DNA from: Chara braunii
Taxonomy: Eukaryota > Plantae > Charophyceae
NCBI GenBank assembly: GCA_003427395.1
Contig: BFEA01000015.1
Coordinates: forward strand, 1,852,107-1,916,106
Direction: 5' to 3'
DNA: 64,000 nt
Made by a program: the position numbers and the translations under genes. Below, piece by piece: positions 11,075 through 23,100 of this stretch (position 1 is the first letter of the stretch; every line of letters starts with the position of its first letter). The notes beneath the pieces are model-generated. The model saw nothing but the letters and a program-made list of their open reading frames with translations, was not told where the DNA came from and ran no database searches.

Positions 11075-14000
11075 TCGGCTACCTCGCCCCCCACTTCGTA
11101 ATAGCCTGACGACCCACCAACGTCACCATACAATTCGGCGGTGAATCCTCGGGCAGCATCACTGCCTCCACACCACCCAACAAGCACGATCTCAACTTTA
11201 CGATTGGAAGCTAATGATGTCGGGATGCTACAACAATGGCAACGAACCCACACACACACATGGCAAAAACAACCAACAAAGCAGCGAAGCCGGGATGGAG
11301 CGGGATCGGTATCGGGGAGTCGGGGCGCAGGGGTCGGGGTCGGAGCAGCTGGGGGGGAAGGTGACGTGGCAGGTGGGGGTTACGGTGGCGGGNNNNNNNN
11401 NNNNNNNNNNNNNNNNNNNNNNNNNNNNNNNNNNNNNNNNNNNNNNNNNNNNNNNNNNNNNNNNNNNNNNNNNNNNNNNNNNNNNNNNNNNNNNNNNNNN
11501 NNNNNNNNNNNNNNNNNNNNNNNNNNNNNNNNNNNNNNNNNNNNNNNNNNNNNNNNNNNNNNNNNNNNNNNNNNNNNNNNNNNNNNNNNNNNNNNNNNNN
11601 NNNNNNNNNNNNNNNNNNNNNNNNNNNNNNNNNNNNNNNNNNNNNNNNNNNNNNNNNNNNNNNNNNNNNNNNNNNNNNNNNNNNNNNNNNNNNNNNNNNN
11701 NNNNNNNNNNNNNNNNNNNNNNNNNNNNNNNNNNNNNNNNNNNNNNNNNNNNNNNNNNNNNNNNNNNNNNNNNNNNNNNNNNNNNNNNNNNNNNNNNNNN
11801 NNNNNNNNNNNNNNNNNNNNNNNNNNNNNNNNNNNNNNNNNNNNNNNNNNNNNNNNNNNNNNNNNNNNNNNNNNNNNNNNNNNNNNNNNNNNNNNNNNNN
11901 NNNNNNNNNNNNNNNNNNNNNNNNNNNNNNNNNNNNNNAGAAGTCGGGGGGGGAAAGGGGGAGCGAAACAGAGTGGCCACGCCCACACAACGACCACCGA
12001 AAACCACAACGCCCGCTTCCCCTCGTCCCCGACAACTATCACAACAGTCGGGCCGTCACTTCCCCGCCTCACTGGACGCTCCTCAGTTGGGAGGGGGATG
12101 ACGAATGGGTACTGCAGCACAACGGCTGGCACCGGAGCAGCAACGATGGAAGATCCCCCCTCCTGGACAGGGGCATGCAGTTGCTGTCGGTCTTGCATAT
12201 GGTCGTCACGGACTGTCATGCGTCCAGCACAACGCGGTACAGGACACTTGATGTCTGCAGCATGGGGTGTGCAGTTGTTACCTCCTCCACGGATGAAAGC
12301 AGGGTGGACGGCACAGAACACCACTGAAGTCGGTCGGGACAGGGGCAGGGGTGCGTAGGAAAGACGTGGAATTGTGATGCGTGTACGTGTGTGTAGGCGT
12401 CGTCTCCTCACATCCACCATGGTAGACCACCGACCGCCGATTGGAGCGCCTCTTGACATGCGTGTGGTGTGACACAATGGCTTGTGCACGTCGGCATGCC
12501 GACGTCCACGCCGTCGGACGGAGATGGAGGGCCCTGATGACGTGCATGGGGTGCGGAACCGTACATGGCAGCGCCTGGGAAGGGGATGCACGTGCGCACG
12601 CACGATGGTGGTAATGGGACGAACGACCGCCACATCTACTCCCTACGTCGGCCAGCTGTTCATCACAAGGTCGGGCAGCTTCATCACCCTCCTCATCAAT
12701 GCCCGTCCATGTGAAAAACGTAAAATTTGAATTCAAATTTCAAATTCGAAAAGGAGGGACCCGCCCGTTCCATTTTGGCCCCATTGCCACTGAAAGGCAG
12801 GGCCCCTACTCCAACCGTGCGACGCTTCCCTCCACGACTGCCCGACCGGAGGAATGTCTGTGGGGGGCACGCATGGACATTACGCAGTCCAAAAACCGGA
12901 ACAGACCTTGGAAAAGTGTGAGACAGCCCCCGAGGCCAGTCTTAGCTTTCGACACATTTTTGCGGCGAACTTTCCTCCCGACGGTCTTTTCCAGGACGCA
13001 AACGGAGTGAAAACGTCCAACTGCTACCTTCCACGCCAAAAAATGCGACCTGTGGGGTTCCGGAAGACGATCCTTGGAAAAAATTCGCCGCTTTCCAATG
13101 CATTATATGCAGGCTGTGGGGTCCCGGAAACACTTCCGCGGCAAAGTTTTTCCTTTCCGCATTCCTGTGGGGTCCCAGCCTTAGAGTAGTTCAGGGCAAA
13201 CGTCACGAGCCACTACCATCTTCCCCCGAACAAAACACACCCTTATTTTGGTTGTACCTGGCTGGAAATATAGCTTGTATACATTCATTTTTAGGCTGCA
13301 TTATGTTCAGGGGAAGACGGTAGTAGAGGTGCCACCTTGAGCAGTGAGAGTGTGTCAAGTGGCAGTGGGAACGCGACTGGTAGGGAGGAAAGAGAGAACC
13401 GGGGTTAGGTCTCACTTACACGGATTAAGGGATATTGATCGTCGATAGCAAAGATCAACGGCCAGAATCTCTTAATCCGTGCAAGTGGGACCTTGCCCCC
13501 GGTGAAGAGTAAACTTGAGGTGTATCCATTGGGTGTGTGGTGGGAAACCAGTCTAGGCAGCTCAGGCTCTTTAGAGTGCTTTAGGCAGTCAGGATGAGAA
13601 GCTTGCGGGGGGCAAGGTCCCACTTGCGCAAATGAGGAGATTTTGGTCGTTGATCTTTGCAATTCTACGGTTAGCATCTCTTAATTCGTGCAAGTGGGAC
13701 CTTGCCCCCGAATAGAATTGAGGGAATCATTGTGGGTGAGGTATGTAGTTGGTATGTAGTTGATAGGTCTGTAGTTGTTCTGTGAACGCTCTTGCCCAAA
13801 TTCACCAACAAAAGAGGGAAGTAAAGTTAGCATAGAGCAGAGTGAGGTCCATGGAACTACTATTAGAGGTGCCACCTTGAACAGTGGGAGTGTGACCAGG
13901 GGCAGTGGGAACTCTACTGGCCAGAAAGAAAGAGAGAACAGGTGAAAAACAAACTTGAGATGTATCCATTGGGTGCGTGGTGAGAAACCCGTGTTTCAGA

Positions 14001-14266
14001 CAGTGAGAGATGAAGGGACCACTCTGCTCCTAGGGTCTATGGTAGTAGATTGGGTTGGTAGTGGTTAGTGTGTCTGGCATTACTTCGTTTGCGAACTCAT
14101 TTTATTTTGCTAGTTTAGAATAAGTTAAAACGGTTGATGCTGTCAGGATAACTCTGGGTTGAATTGTGAGGTCCCCGGCCTCGTCAATTGAATTTCGAAA
14201 TATATGAGTTCCTTTAAAAAAAAAAAAAAAAAAAAGCAGCCAAACCAAGAATGGTACACCGATGAA

Positions 14267-15212
14267 GGGCCTCGCCGCACTACTCTAGACTCTAGAAATA
14301 TTTTGAGACTTCGACTAGCATTGTCAGAGAGTCGAGACTCTCAAAATACACGCCTTTGCTGGACTTACTCCAGAACCTGTGACACTAGGGGTCTCGCTCC
14401 ACTACTTTAGAAACCGGCCATTTCTTGAGCGATGCACCGCTCCACTTACTCTAAACGCCAGGTCTGGAATTCGGGTTCTTGAGCTGTCAGTATCTACTCA
14501 CGAAAATGACAAGAATCTGTCGTCGCTCCACTACCTCATGAAACACACTCACGAAAATGCATTTCTTGAGTTGTCAGAAACCTCCTCTCCTGTGGCACTC
14601 TAGACGATTCGAGAGCTCCCGCCTGCTCCCGCCTTCAGCGACAAGAATTCCAAGGGAGGCATCAAGGACCTTCAAAAGTTGAGCATTTTTTTGGAGTGCA
14701 CCTGGAGTCTGGGCGGACAACAACGTGCTGGCCGTGTCGTGTAGCTCTCTCAAAGAGCAGTCTGACATCCGAGAGGCCTTCTTGAGTTTAACCTTCTGGA
14801 GAAAGTGGAACGATGTTCTCTTTTTCAGTCGTTTCTAGAGTCTGACAGCTCTAGACCCACTCTCGAAAATCTTCGAGAGTCGAGAGTAGTGGAGCGAGAC
14901 CGTCGATGAACTATCGAAACCCTGGGCGTCGTCCTACTCGACAGAAGAGTTGCACCACTGCGCTACGGGACAAAGTCTGGCCGCCGGGACAGGAGGTCCA
15001 CTCTCGAAAAACGAGCCTGTCGGCGGGCAACTCCCGAGGACGCTTGCAAATTCGGTATTTGCAGGCTGGAGACTCTCGACGTTTCGAGAGTGGCGTTGTA
15101 GCATGGCTTCTGACAACTCTTGATTGGGTTTCAAGAGTTTTCCGATCGAGAGTAAGTGCAACGAAGACCCACTCTTAAAACTTCGAGAGTCTAGAGTAGT
15201 GCAGCGAGGCCC
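14267..15212. mobile_element. Long member of the GGGCCTCGC MITE family with a nested copy (14389-14902)
   Basis: TIR GGGCCTCGCCGCACTACTCTAGACTCT / AGAGTCTAGAGTAGTGCAGCGAGGCCC with TSD GAA. Confidence 0.8.
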
Positions 15213-15262
15213 GAAATGAACTGTTGATATGCCTTTCACTACCTGCCTGCCATTACTCCTAA

Positions 15263-15427
15263 GGGTCTCCCCACACCACTGTCGAAGCAAGAAAAGACCA
15301 AATGCATCTTCCTCAGAAAGAGGTAAGATGCATCCTTTGCTATTTATAGTAATGGATGCATTTTGCCACTTTTTGCATGAAGATGCACTCGTTCTTTTTT
15401 CGTTTCGACAGTGGTGTGGCGAGGCCC
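15263..15427. mobile_element. Tourist-like hairpin MITE
   Basis: TIR GGGTCTCCCCACACCACTGTCGAA / TTCGACAGTGGTGTGGCGAGGCCC with TSD TAA. Diverged second copy at about 41613-41778. Confidence 0.8.
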
Positions 15428-15497
15428 TAAGGCTAGAAAGGGGACTCCGACAAGCATAGGTGCCTCACAAACCTGGAGGGAAACTGTTGATATGGGG

Positions 15498-16763
15498 AGC
15501 CTCGCTCCACTAATCCTCCTGAAGTTTCAAGAGTAACACCTGGCTCCACATTGGACCTCGCTACACTATTCTCGAAATGTGCAAAACGAGAGTGAATCTT
15601 CCGCTAGAATATGGAAAGATACACGACCATGTTTTTTTTCTTTTGTGCATGTCAGTGAGGCTCTTACTCTAGACTGGAGCTCATGACAACACCCTTCAAG
15701 AGCTGTCAGAAAGCGCTCTCGAAGGGCACTCTCTATTTGTATAGAGTTCACATCTTGCAACGCTCAGGTTTTCTAGCGTCCTCCCTCCTACCCCCGCTCT
15801 GGCCTCTTTTTGCGCGAGCGTGTGTTATCTAGCGTTGTAGAAGAGCTGTCATGTAGCGCTGAGAAATTTGTGGGTGCTTCTATAGTTCTCGAGTCTGGAG
15901 TAAGTAGAGCAATGCTTCTTTTTTCAAGAGTTTTAGACCTCTGACAACTCTAGAAGCACTCATGGATTTTTTCATGAGTCTAGTGTAGTGGAGCGAGACC
16001 CATGGGGTCTTGCTCCACTACACTAGACTCTAGAAAATAGTCTAGAGTCCATCTAGAGTTGCCGGACTCTAGAAAACAGCGAAAAAGTAGGCTTCGCTCC
16101 ACTTAGGGCCTACTCACACTAGGGACTTTCATGGCAAAATAGCTAAAATTTGATGGTTGCTACTCACACTAAGGCCTTTTCTGACAATATAGCTAAAATT
16201 TGATGATTGGGCCAATCGTATGAGGCAGGGAAAATTCGATACGAACTTTGTTGAAAAAAAAAAAGTTAGGATTTGGGCATCACGCTGTGCGACTGTGCGA
16301 GGCACCATTTTGCCAATCAGTGGCATAGCATAACAGCAAAATCTGCGGATTTTGCTTTTTCGATTTTGCTGAAACGTCACCCCGCCTGTCACATACCGGC
16401 ACCAAATCACAAAAGACACGAGCCGGACTTTCTGGAAATTGCGAAAACGGTGCCTCACGTGGTCACACAGCGCGAGTCTCAAATCCTTCAACTTTTTATT
16501 TTTCAGTAAAGTTCGCATAATTTCCTTTCACAAACTCTCGAACTAAAAAAAAAAAATGCTACCACCTCCTGAGGTGGTAGCAAAATGCCCTACCCCACGG
16601 CCCGCCAAGTCGTTGACATTTGATACCCCATTTGCTGTTTTTGCCATGTGCCCTGCCTCGTGCGACTGGCCCAACCATCAAATTTTAGCTATTTAGGCCC
16701 TTACACTAAAAGACAATACTCTCAACAGACTCAAAAAGTAGTGTCTTGTGTAGTGGAGCGAGG
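15498..16763. mobile_element. Cluster of further GGGCCTCGC-family MITE pieces
   Basis: Repeated CTCGCTCCACTA / TAGTGGAGCGAG termini at approximately 15500, 15555, 15985, 16005 and 16750. Confidence 0.6.
16106..16700. mobile_element. Non-autonomous Harbinger-type element nested in a MITE
   Basis: Ends GGGCCTA/TAGGCCC with TTA TSD (16103-16105, 16701-16703). Subterminal inverted repeat ATAGCTAAAATTTGATG(A/G)TTGGGCCA. Confidence 0.78.
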
Positions 16764-18256
16764 TATGTGACGAACTGTTTTTTGCAACCGCGCGATTCTT
16801 TGCGCAAAACTACTTTGGAGATTGAATCGGGAGGGTCCACTGGATTACATGGGTGCTCTTGCTTTTCTTGTTTTTCGGAATCGAGGTCGGGGTAATCTTG
16901 TGACAGTTGGTAGCTGATCGCGCCTTAATGACCGCGAAAGATAACTTTTGCCATAGCTTCTTTCTTATTCTGCTGTGGGAAATGAGAGTTTTTGGCGCGA
17001 TCGTCGCACGGGAAAATCTTTTTGAATTTTCAACTGATGTCGCGCCCCCGTGGACTCTCGAAATTTACTTCGTTTGAAATTTGATTTTGCAATTAGGATT
17101 AGGATTAAGAATTTAGGCGCATGTTAATTCTTGTTGCACGATGCTTTTTGCTTGTGCACGCCTTGCCGCGTCAGGATCTGTGTTCTAACTTTTTCGCGCC
17201 TTAACCCTTCTGTGTAACTGTATCTTTTGTTTTGACGGGCATAATTGTAACTGTAATCCTATCGTTCTTTATATCTTTTATGACGTCTTTGTACGCGCGT
17301 AGTTCTTCCTTTGTCTCATTGGCTCGAACGCTTGCATGACCGGATCAATGTGTGTTGTGAGGCTACGTCCCCCACGCCATGGCCTGACCGTGCAGATGTA
17401 GGCACTTCCTTCCACCTCCTTCTTTTCATCTCAGACACGACCCCGAGTCTCTCGCGCAAGCGTACATGCTATAAGTTTCCCAAGCGAGATTAACTCGCTC
17501 TCTAAGAATTTTGGGAGTTAGCGCGGTCGAGAGGATCGACTAACGAGCAAGAGTTGGAAGGTGAGTGAAGAGATGGGCGATCCGACGAGCTGGTGTTGGG
17601 CATGCGGGGTTGACGTGGGGCCACGACGGACTGTGGCGCACGGGCGAACCTGACTTGCATGCTCGGATCAAGAGAGAGAGAGAAAAAGAGACGAGAGGTG
17701 TGTGGTAAGGTTCTTCTTCTACTCCCCTGAAGTAATTTTTGTTCTTCTCCTATTCTTCAAAATAATTTTGATATACGGCGCAAGCTGCCCTTGTCCTCTT
17801 TGGATCGGCATCTCGGATTTATTTATTTTTCCTTTGTTTTCTCCCATAGATTGATGTGTGGATGTCTTCCCCCAATCCCCTTCTCTGTCTTTTTTAATCG
17901 GCAAATCTGATTGATTGGTTACCGAGGATCGAACCTTGTGATCTCGGGGCTGATTGACCAAAGAATTGTTGCATAAAGATCCTCGATTCCTCCTGTTGTA
18001 TGTAAGCGAGATGCATGGATGCTAGGTGCGATTTTGTCTGTGTATAAATTAGATATGCATGCTAGACGATTCGATGTCCATCTCACTATAGGACGATCCA
18101 CCTCGCAAACCGCTGACTTTCACCCATCTGATCGAAGAACAGGTCCCGTGCACGCACGTGTAGACTCGAACAAGATGGTCGCTATCTACACGCGTGTCTG
18201 CGAAATCTGAACCCGACTAATTTCTCGGATGTTTGAATGCCTGCTCATCCTATAGT

Positions 18257-20183
18257 ATGAATTTCAAAACCCCTTTTCGTGTCATTGACTGCGGGTGTTT
18301 AAGAGATTGGGAATTCCGTGAATACTGGGAACACTTCTGTTTTGTTGCACGACCCAGTGCGGCACCTCCGAAATTTCCCTACCTGACGGGGAACGAATGT
18401 ATTTGCGAGTGGGAACTCGATCAGGCCTTCGGGCGTATCCCCCATCTCCCCCGCTACTCTAGCCCATATACGTGTCACGTCGTGACGGAACCCGGAATCA
18501 TCATCCTGGGGAGTGTTTGCAGGACCACGAGTATCGAGCCTCCGGCTTCATCCAACGAACCCGCCAGGAGGAGGAACGATGGGCACACGACCTTCTGTTG
18601 AGGCCGACAGCATTAGACTCCGAGATCTGTGACGTTCAGTGTCGGCAGGTGATCAGCCAGCGAGATAGCCATGGCGTCATGATGGTCCACCAGATACGAG
18701 TCCGACCCAGATGACGAAGCCAACGGAAGCGGTAGCCCCACTCCCCGAAGCATAAAAGAGGACTCCGATCCGCACCTACCCTCTTGCATTCGCATCCCTG
18801 AAACTTATCACTGGAGATCCCAGTTCAGACCTAGGACTCCACCCCCACTTTCCTAAAATCCTTGGCACACCCCCTTTCGCACTTCCAGACCCACTCCAAC
18901 TCCGATCAGGAAGTCGCGGTGGGCGTGAGGTTGGTATCGGAGTTGACACGTGGCAGGCCCAGAGATTGTCAGTCAGATGGGATATAAGGGACGATCTGGC
19001 GAACTGAGGGCGTCCTAGGCAGAGGAACGCGCCACGACGCGACCCTATAATAACCTGAAGTAGATCGGCAGGTCGATAGACCGCAAATGCCAACCCGACA
19101 CCAGATGCTGGTGGGGCCCCAGCCCCTCGAGCATGCGCACCAACGACCCCGCCTGATCTATATCTCTTTGACCCCGCACATCATTTGGTCGGAGCATGGC
19201 TAGCCACATTGCGTGCACAACAATACGACAATGACGAGGCCATGATCAACATCCCCGCCAGGCTGGAAGGGGATGTGCACCATTGGTTTACCACTTACGT
19301 CTGGGTAGATCTCCCGACCTTTGAAAGGGAGTTCTTAAGCCGATTTGATTACATTCTCCCCGAACATGCCTTCTTCATGATTAAAGATCAAGTCCAAAAG
19401 CCCCTCGAATCTGTCACTGAATACCGCAATAGGTTCTATAGGTTGTTTGTTAAGTCAGAACGAGGCGAGGAGGTCGGGAGAAATTTGTTCATCGATGGGC
19501 TTCGGAGTCGTGCAATGAGGGTGAAATTGCAAAAGCAGTTCTCCCCAATCAACCACACCATGCAACAGATTATGGATGCTGTAGAAGAAATTGAGAAAAT
19601 GTTTGTCGCTAGCTTCTTAGAAGGGGAGGACCAAGCCAAGGAAGGGGACTCTTCGGAATTGGTTAGGGCGAAGGCTGAATTAGCTGCGCTCCAAAACAAA
19701 TTTGAAAACATGGCCTTCGTCTCCGGCCCCGTCACTTACCTAGAACATGTTGTAGCTAAGAGATCGATACCAGACACAACCACGAGACTGCTTGTGATGG
19801 TCACACCTACGCCTCCCCCAGATCCTCCCGTGAAACCCAGTGAGTCAAACGTCGTACTGGAGTTAACTCGAACACTAGTTTGCCTGATGCAAGAAAGCAA
19901 GAAAGAGCAGCGTGAGCATAATGCGTGGATAGAATCCTTGATGAGATCGATGTGTCCTATTGTCGTCCGAGCTGCGCCCATAACGCAAGCAGCAGCCCCC
20001 GCTCAGGCTATGGGCGGTGCGACAACTAATCTAGGCGTCTGTTACACGTGTCACCAACCCGGCCACCTAGCCTGGGACTTCCCCAACCAACCGACGCAAG
20101 TCCGGGTAGGTGCCTCCCCCGTGGCAGCAGCACCAGTGGCCAACGGACCAGGAAGAATGGGCACGATGGTCGAGGAGACATAA
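18257..20183 (+). pseudogene. gag: gag-like region with conserved N-terminal domain (ORF0)
   Basis: ORF 19185-20183 has retrotransposon-gag-like ARLEGDVHHWF...QKPLESVTEYRNRF...FIDGL and a degenerate knuckle CYTCHQPGHLAWDF. ORF 18233-18601 is in frame with the downstream ATG at 18671. Confidence 0.75.
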
Positions 20184-20195
20184 GGGGGGGGGAGT

Positions 20196-23100
20196 GTGAT
20201 AGTTACCACCGAGGAAGCTGCGAAACTTATCTCGCTTGATCAATACATCTCGTTGGGCTACCCAGGATTGGGAATGATCGAAACCATCCGCCCAGTGAAC
20301 AAGCAATGGGGAATAGCGGAATGGAGACCGTCCCTCAGAGAAACGGAATCGGGTNACCCAGGATTGGGAATGATCGAAACCATCCGCCCAGTGAACAAGC
20401 AATGGGGAATAGCGGAATGGAGACCGTCCCTCAGAGAAACGGAATCGGGTGGCCCTGCCTTCGTTACGGGAGAAATTGATGCCTTGAACATCGTCCGAGC
20501 CATGGATCATCGAATCCCCTTGCCCATTGGACACCTATTGTCCATATCAGAACAGGCAAATGAACGAATGTTGCAGCATTGCAAGGCGAACCGGAAACGG
20601 TTTGCTCTTGCTAAGCAAGCAGCTATCAAAGGGAAATCCCCCGCCTGTAAAGACAAGCCCAATGCCCCCAGCACCTCGGACCCGATACGGTTAGGACTCA
20701 TCCAAAAAGACAATAATTTTCTGCGCATTAAGGCCATTCCATGAAAATTCGCGGAATGTGACATATAAGTTTGGGGAAATCCGTACAATGTTATTATCGA
20801 CTCAAGGGCCGCGGTCCTAGCCATTTCCTTGAGGCTCGTGGAACGGGGGGGAAGAAGAAGGGATCTGATCCCGTTAGCAGAAGGAGATCACCTTCTCTCT
20901 GCCGACGAGGAAACGATCAAGGTGATAGGAAGGATGACAAAGGTCGCGTTTCAATTTGGAAAAGTTCACACGTTGGGTGATGTCGTGGTATTATACGTAA
21001 ATACATACGATGTTCTTTTGAGATTACCTGCCCTTACCGCACTAAGAGCCAATCTCGATTTCGAAAGGCGGTCAATCCTCCTTCGGAATACGGGCGGGAA
21101 ACCGTACGTCATCCCAATGCGTCTAACTCTCCGAACTACGCTCCCGACGACCCGGAAAAATCTCCCTGTGAACGGAGAACCACTCCTTGTGATCACCTGG
21201 AGGGGACCCCTTAAATAAACAAACCAAAGAGGAAAGGAACTAGAGCTAAAATGGCTCCTTTGATAGCGAGGACGAAGCGAACCCAGAGATCCGGGACATG
21301 GCGCACCAACTGACTCGCTACCCCGTTCGACAGAAAACAACGAAAACATTCGTCCTTACAGAAAGGAACCTCCAACGGATGCGAACTCTAATCTTAGGGG
21401 AACCACTCGTGCAAGTATCTCGAATGGCCGATTCTTTGGAACACCCTCAGACCCTATCCGAAGCCTCCACCCCACTTCTCTCAAGATATAGTGACAAGAA
21501 AGAGGTCCGATTGCTGCGACAGAGCGCTCAGGACGGAGCTTTGGAACCCCCTGGGCGCGGCAACCCTTACGAACGTGGGATCAAGATCGTCGAGAAACCC
21601 GTAAGCTTGTAGGACATCAATGCCGGCGTAACACCACAAAAACACATGGCAATCCGGGAAGAAGACGCCCAAATGGTCGCCACGGTGTTCTTCTAGCGAC
21701 TGGACAACTTATTTATTTCTCCACCAGGGAACGGTAGTAAAGTGGGCATGAAACAAGTAATGGTTAACATACACAGGCAACTTTATAACTACACGTGCCC
21801 AAGTACGTGCCCGACGAAACCCATCGACTAATTACAGATCTCCTGACCGAATATCAAGGAGCGATTAGCGTCAAGGAAACAAATATCGAACTGTCGTTAA
21901 TTATTCAACATGAAATCCAAACTGGAACGCACCCACCAATCCACTATAAGCCATACCGATCCTCAATTGCTGGATGAAGGACAACGTTGGAACGAATCAA
22001 AGAATTTGAAGCTAACGGTTGGATTGAGCCAGCTACCGGACCATCATGGTCATTTCCTGTAGTTCTAGTTCCAAAGAAAAACGGGTCGATCTGCATATGC
22101 ATTGATTATAGAAAATTGAATGACATTACGATCAAAGATGTGTATCCCCTTCCCCAGGTTGATGATTTGTTGGATGCGATTGTGTGTGCTAATTATTTCA
22201 GTAAGTTTGATATTCGCCACGGGTTCCATCATAGGGTTCAGGAGGAGGGTCGACAAAAAAACGCGTTTATATTGTTCGAAGGCACTTGGCAATGGGTTCG
22301 TTGCCCTATGGGAATATGCAATGCACCGGCTACCTTTCGGAGAGCAATGAACGTTACATTTCAGAACTTCGTCAACAAGACCATATTTGACCAAGGGAAT
22401 GATCAACTTTTGTGTTATTGTGTACATGGACGATATCCTGGTATATTCGGAATCATTTCACAAACACGCTCAGCACATCGAATGGACCCTGGGGGTGTTG
22501 CGAGATACTGGGTTCAAGATCGCACTGGAGAAGAGCGAGTTCTTCCTTTCAGAGATCTCGTTCTTAGGGTACGTGGTGACCCGAGGGGGCTTGAGGCCAG
22601 ATTCGAGAAAAGTCGAGGCGGTTCGAGAAGCTCCCACGCCTACGTCGCTGACATAGGTGCGAGTGTTTTTGGGGTTGGCCTCGTACTACTGCAGGTTTAT
22701 CAAGGCGTTCGAGACAATTGCTCGGCCTCTGACAAACCTCATATGGAAGGACCAGCCACAAAAATGGGACGCAGAGTGCGAACATGCCTTTGTTACTTTC
22801 AAGGAGGCTCTCGCCTCCGTGCCTATTTTGATTCGGCCCGATCCTGGTAAGCAATTCATCCTTATTACCAGACTGGCAGCCTGAGGCAATCTCTGCTATT
22901 TTGGCCCAGAAGGGGAAGGAGGACCGTGAACACGTCATCGAATACGCCTCGCGAATAGTATCCGACGAAAGAAGAGATGATTCGGCTCCTCAAGGCGAGT
23001 GCTACGCGGTTGTTTGGGGAATTCAACACTTCTATCCGTATCTGTACGGACAAAAGTTCCTCCTCGCCACGGATCACGAACCCCTGTTGGCCCTCAAGAG

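Larger units (their letters stand above)
4501..13180 (+). mobile_element. Full-length PIF/Harbinger DNA transposon
   Basis: Perfect 14-bp TIR GGCTGGGACCCCAC (4501-4514) / GTGGGGTCCCAGCC (13167-13180). TTA TSD (4498-4500, 13181-13183). Convergent transposase and Myb/SANT genes. Subterminal GGGACCC motifs. Confidence 0.93.

Noticed and set aside
13320-13990. Shuffled short direct repeats (13325/13865, 13466/13676, 13510/13950)
   Set aside because: The repeats are real but cannot be assigned to anything; probably a decayed repeat into which the Harbinger inserted.
16764-16765. TA target-site specificity for the Gypsy-type family
   Set aside because: The heads at 43980 and 47337 are preceded by CT, so the TA on both sides of copy 1 cannot be taken as a family TSD.
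18932-18943. TGGTATCGGAGT resembling a tRNA-Met PBS
   Set aside because: It is not preceded by a CA LTR end, lies inside the ORF0/gag coding region well past the leader, and has mismatches.
20260-20450. Perfect 95-bp tandem duplication in pol
   Set aside because: The two copies are identical and separated by a single N, which indicates an unmerged contig overlap rather than biology.
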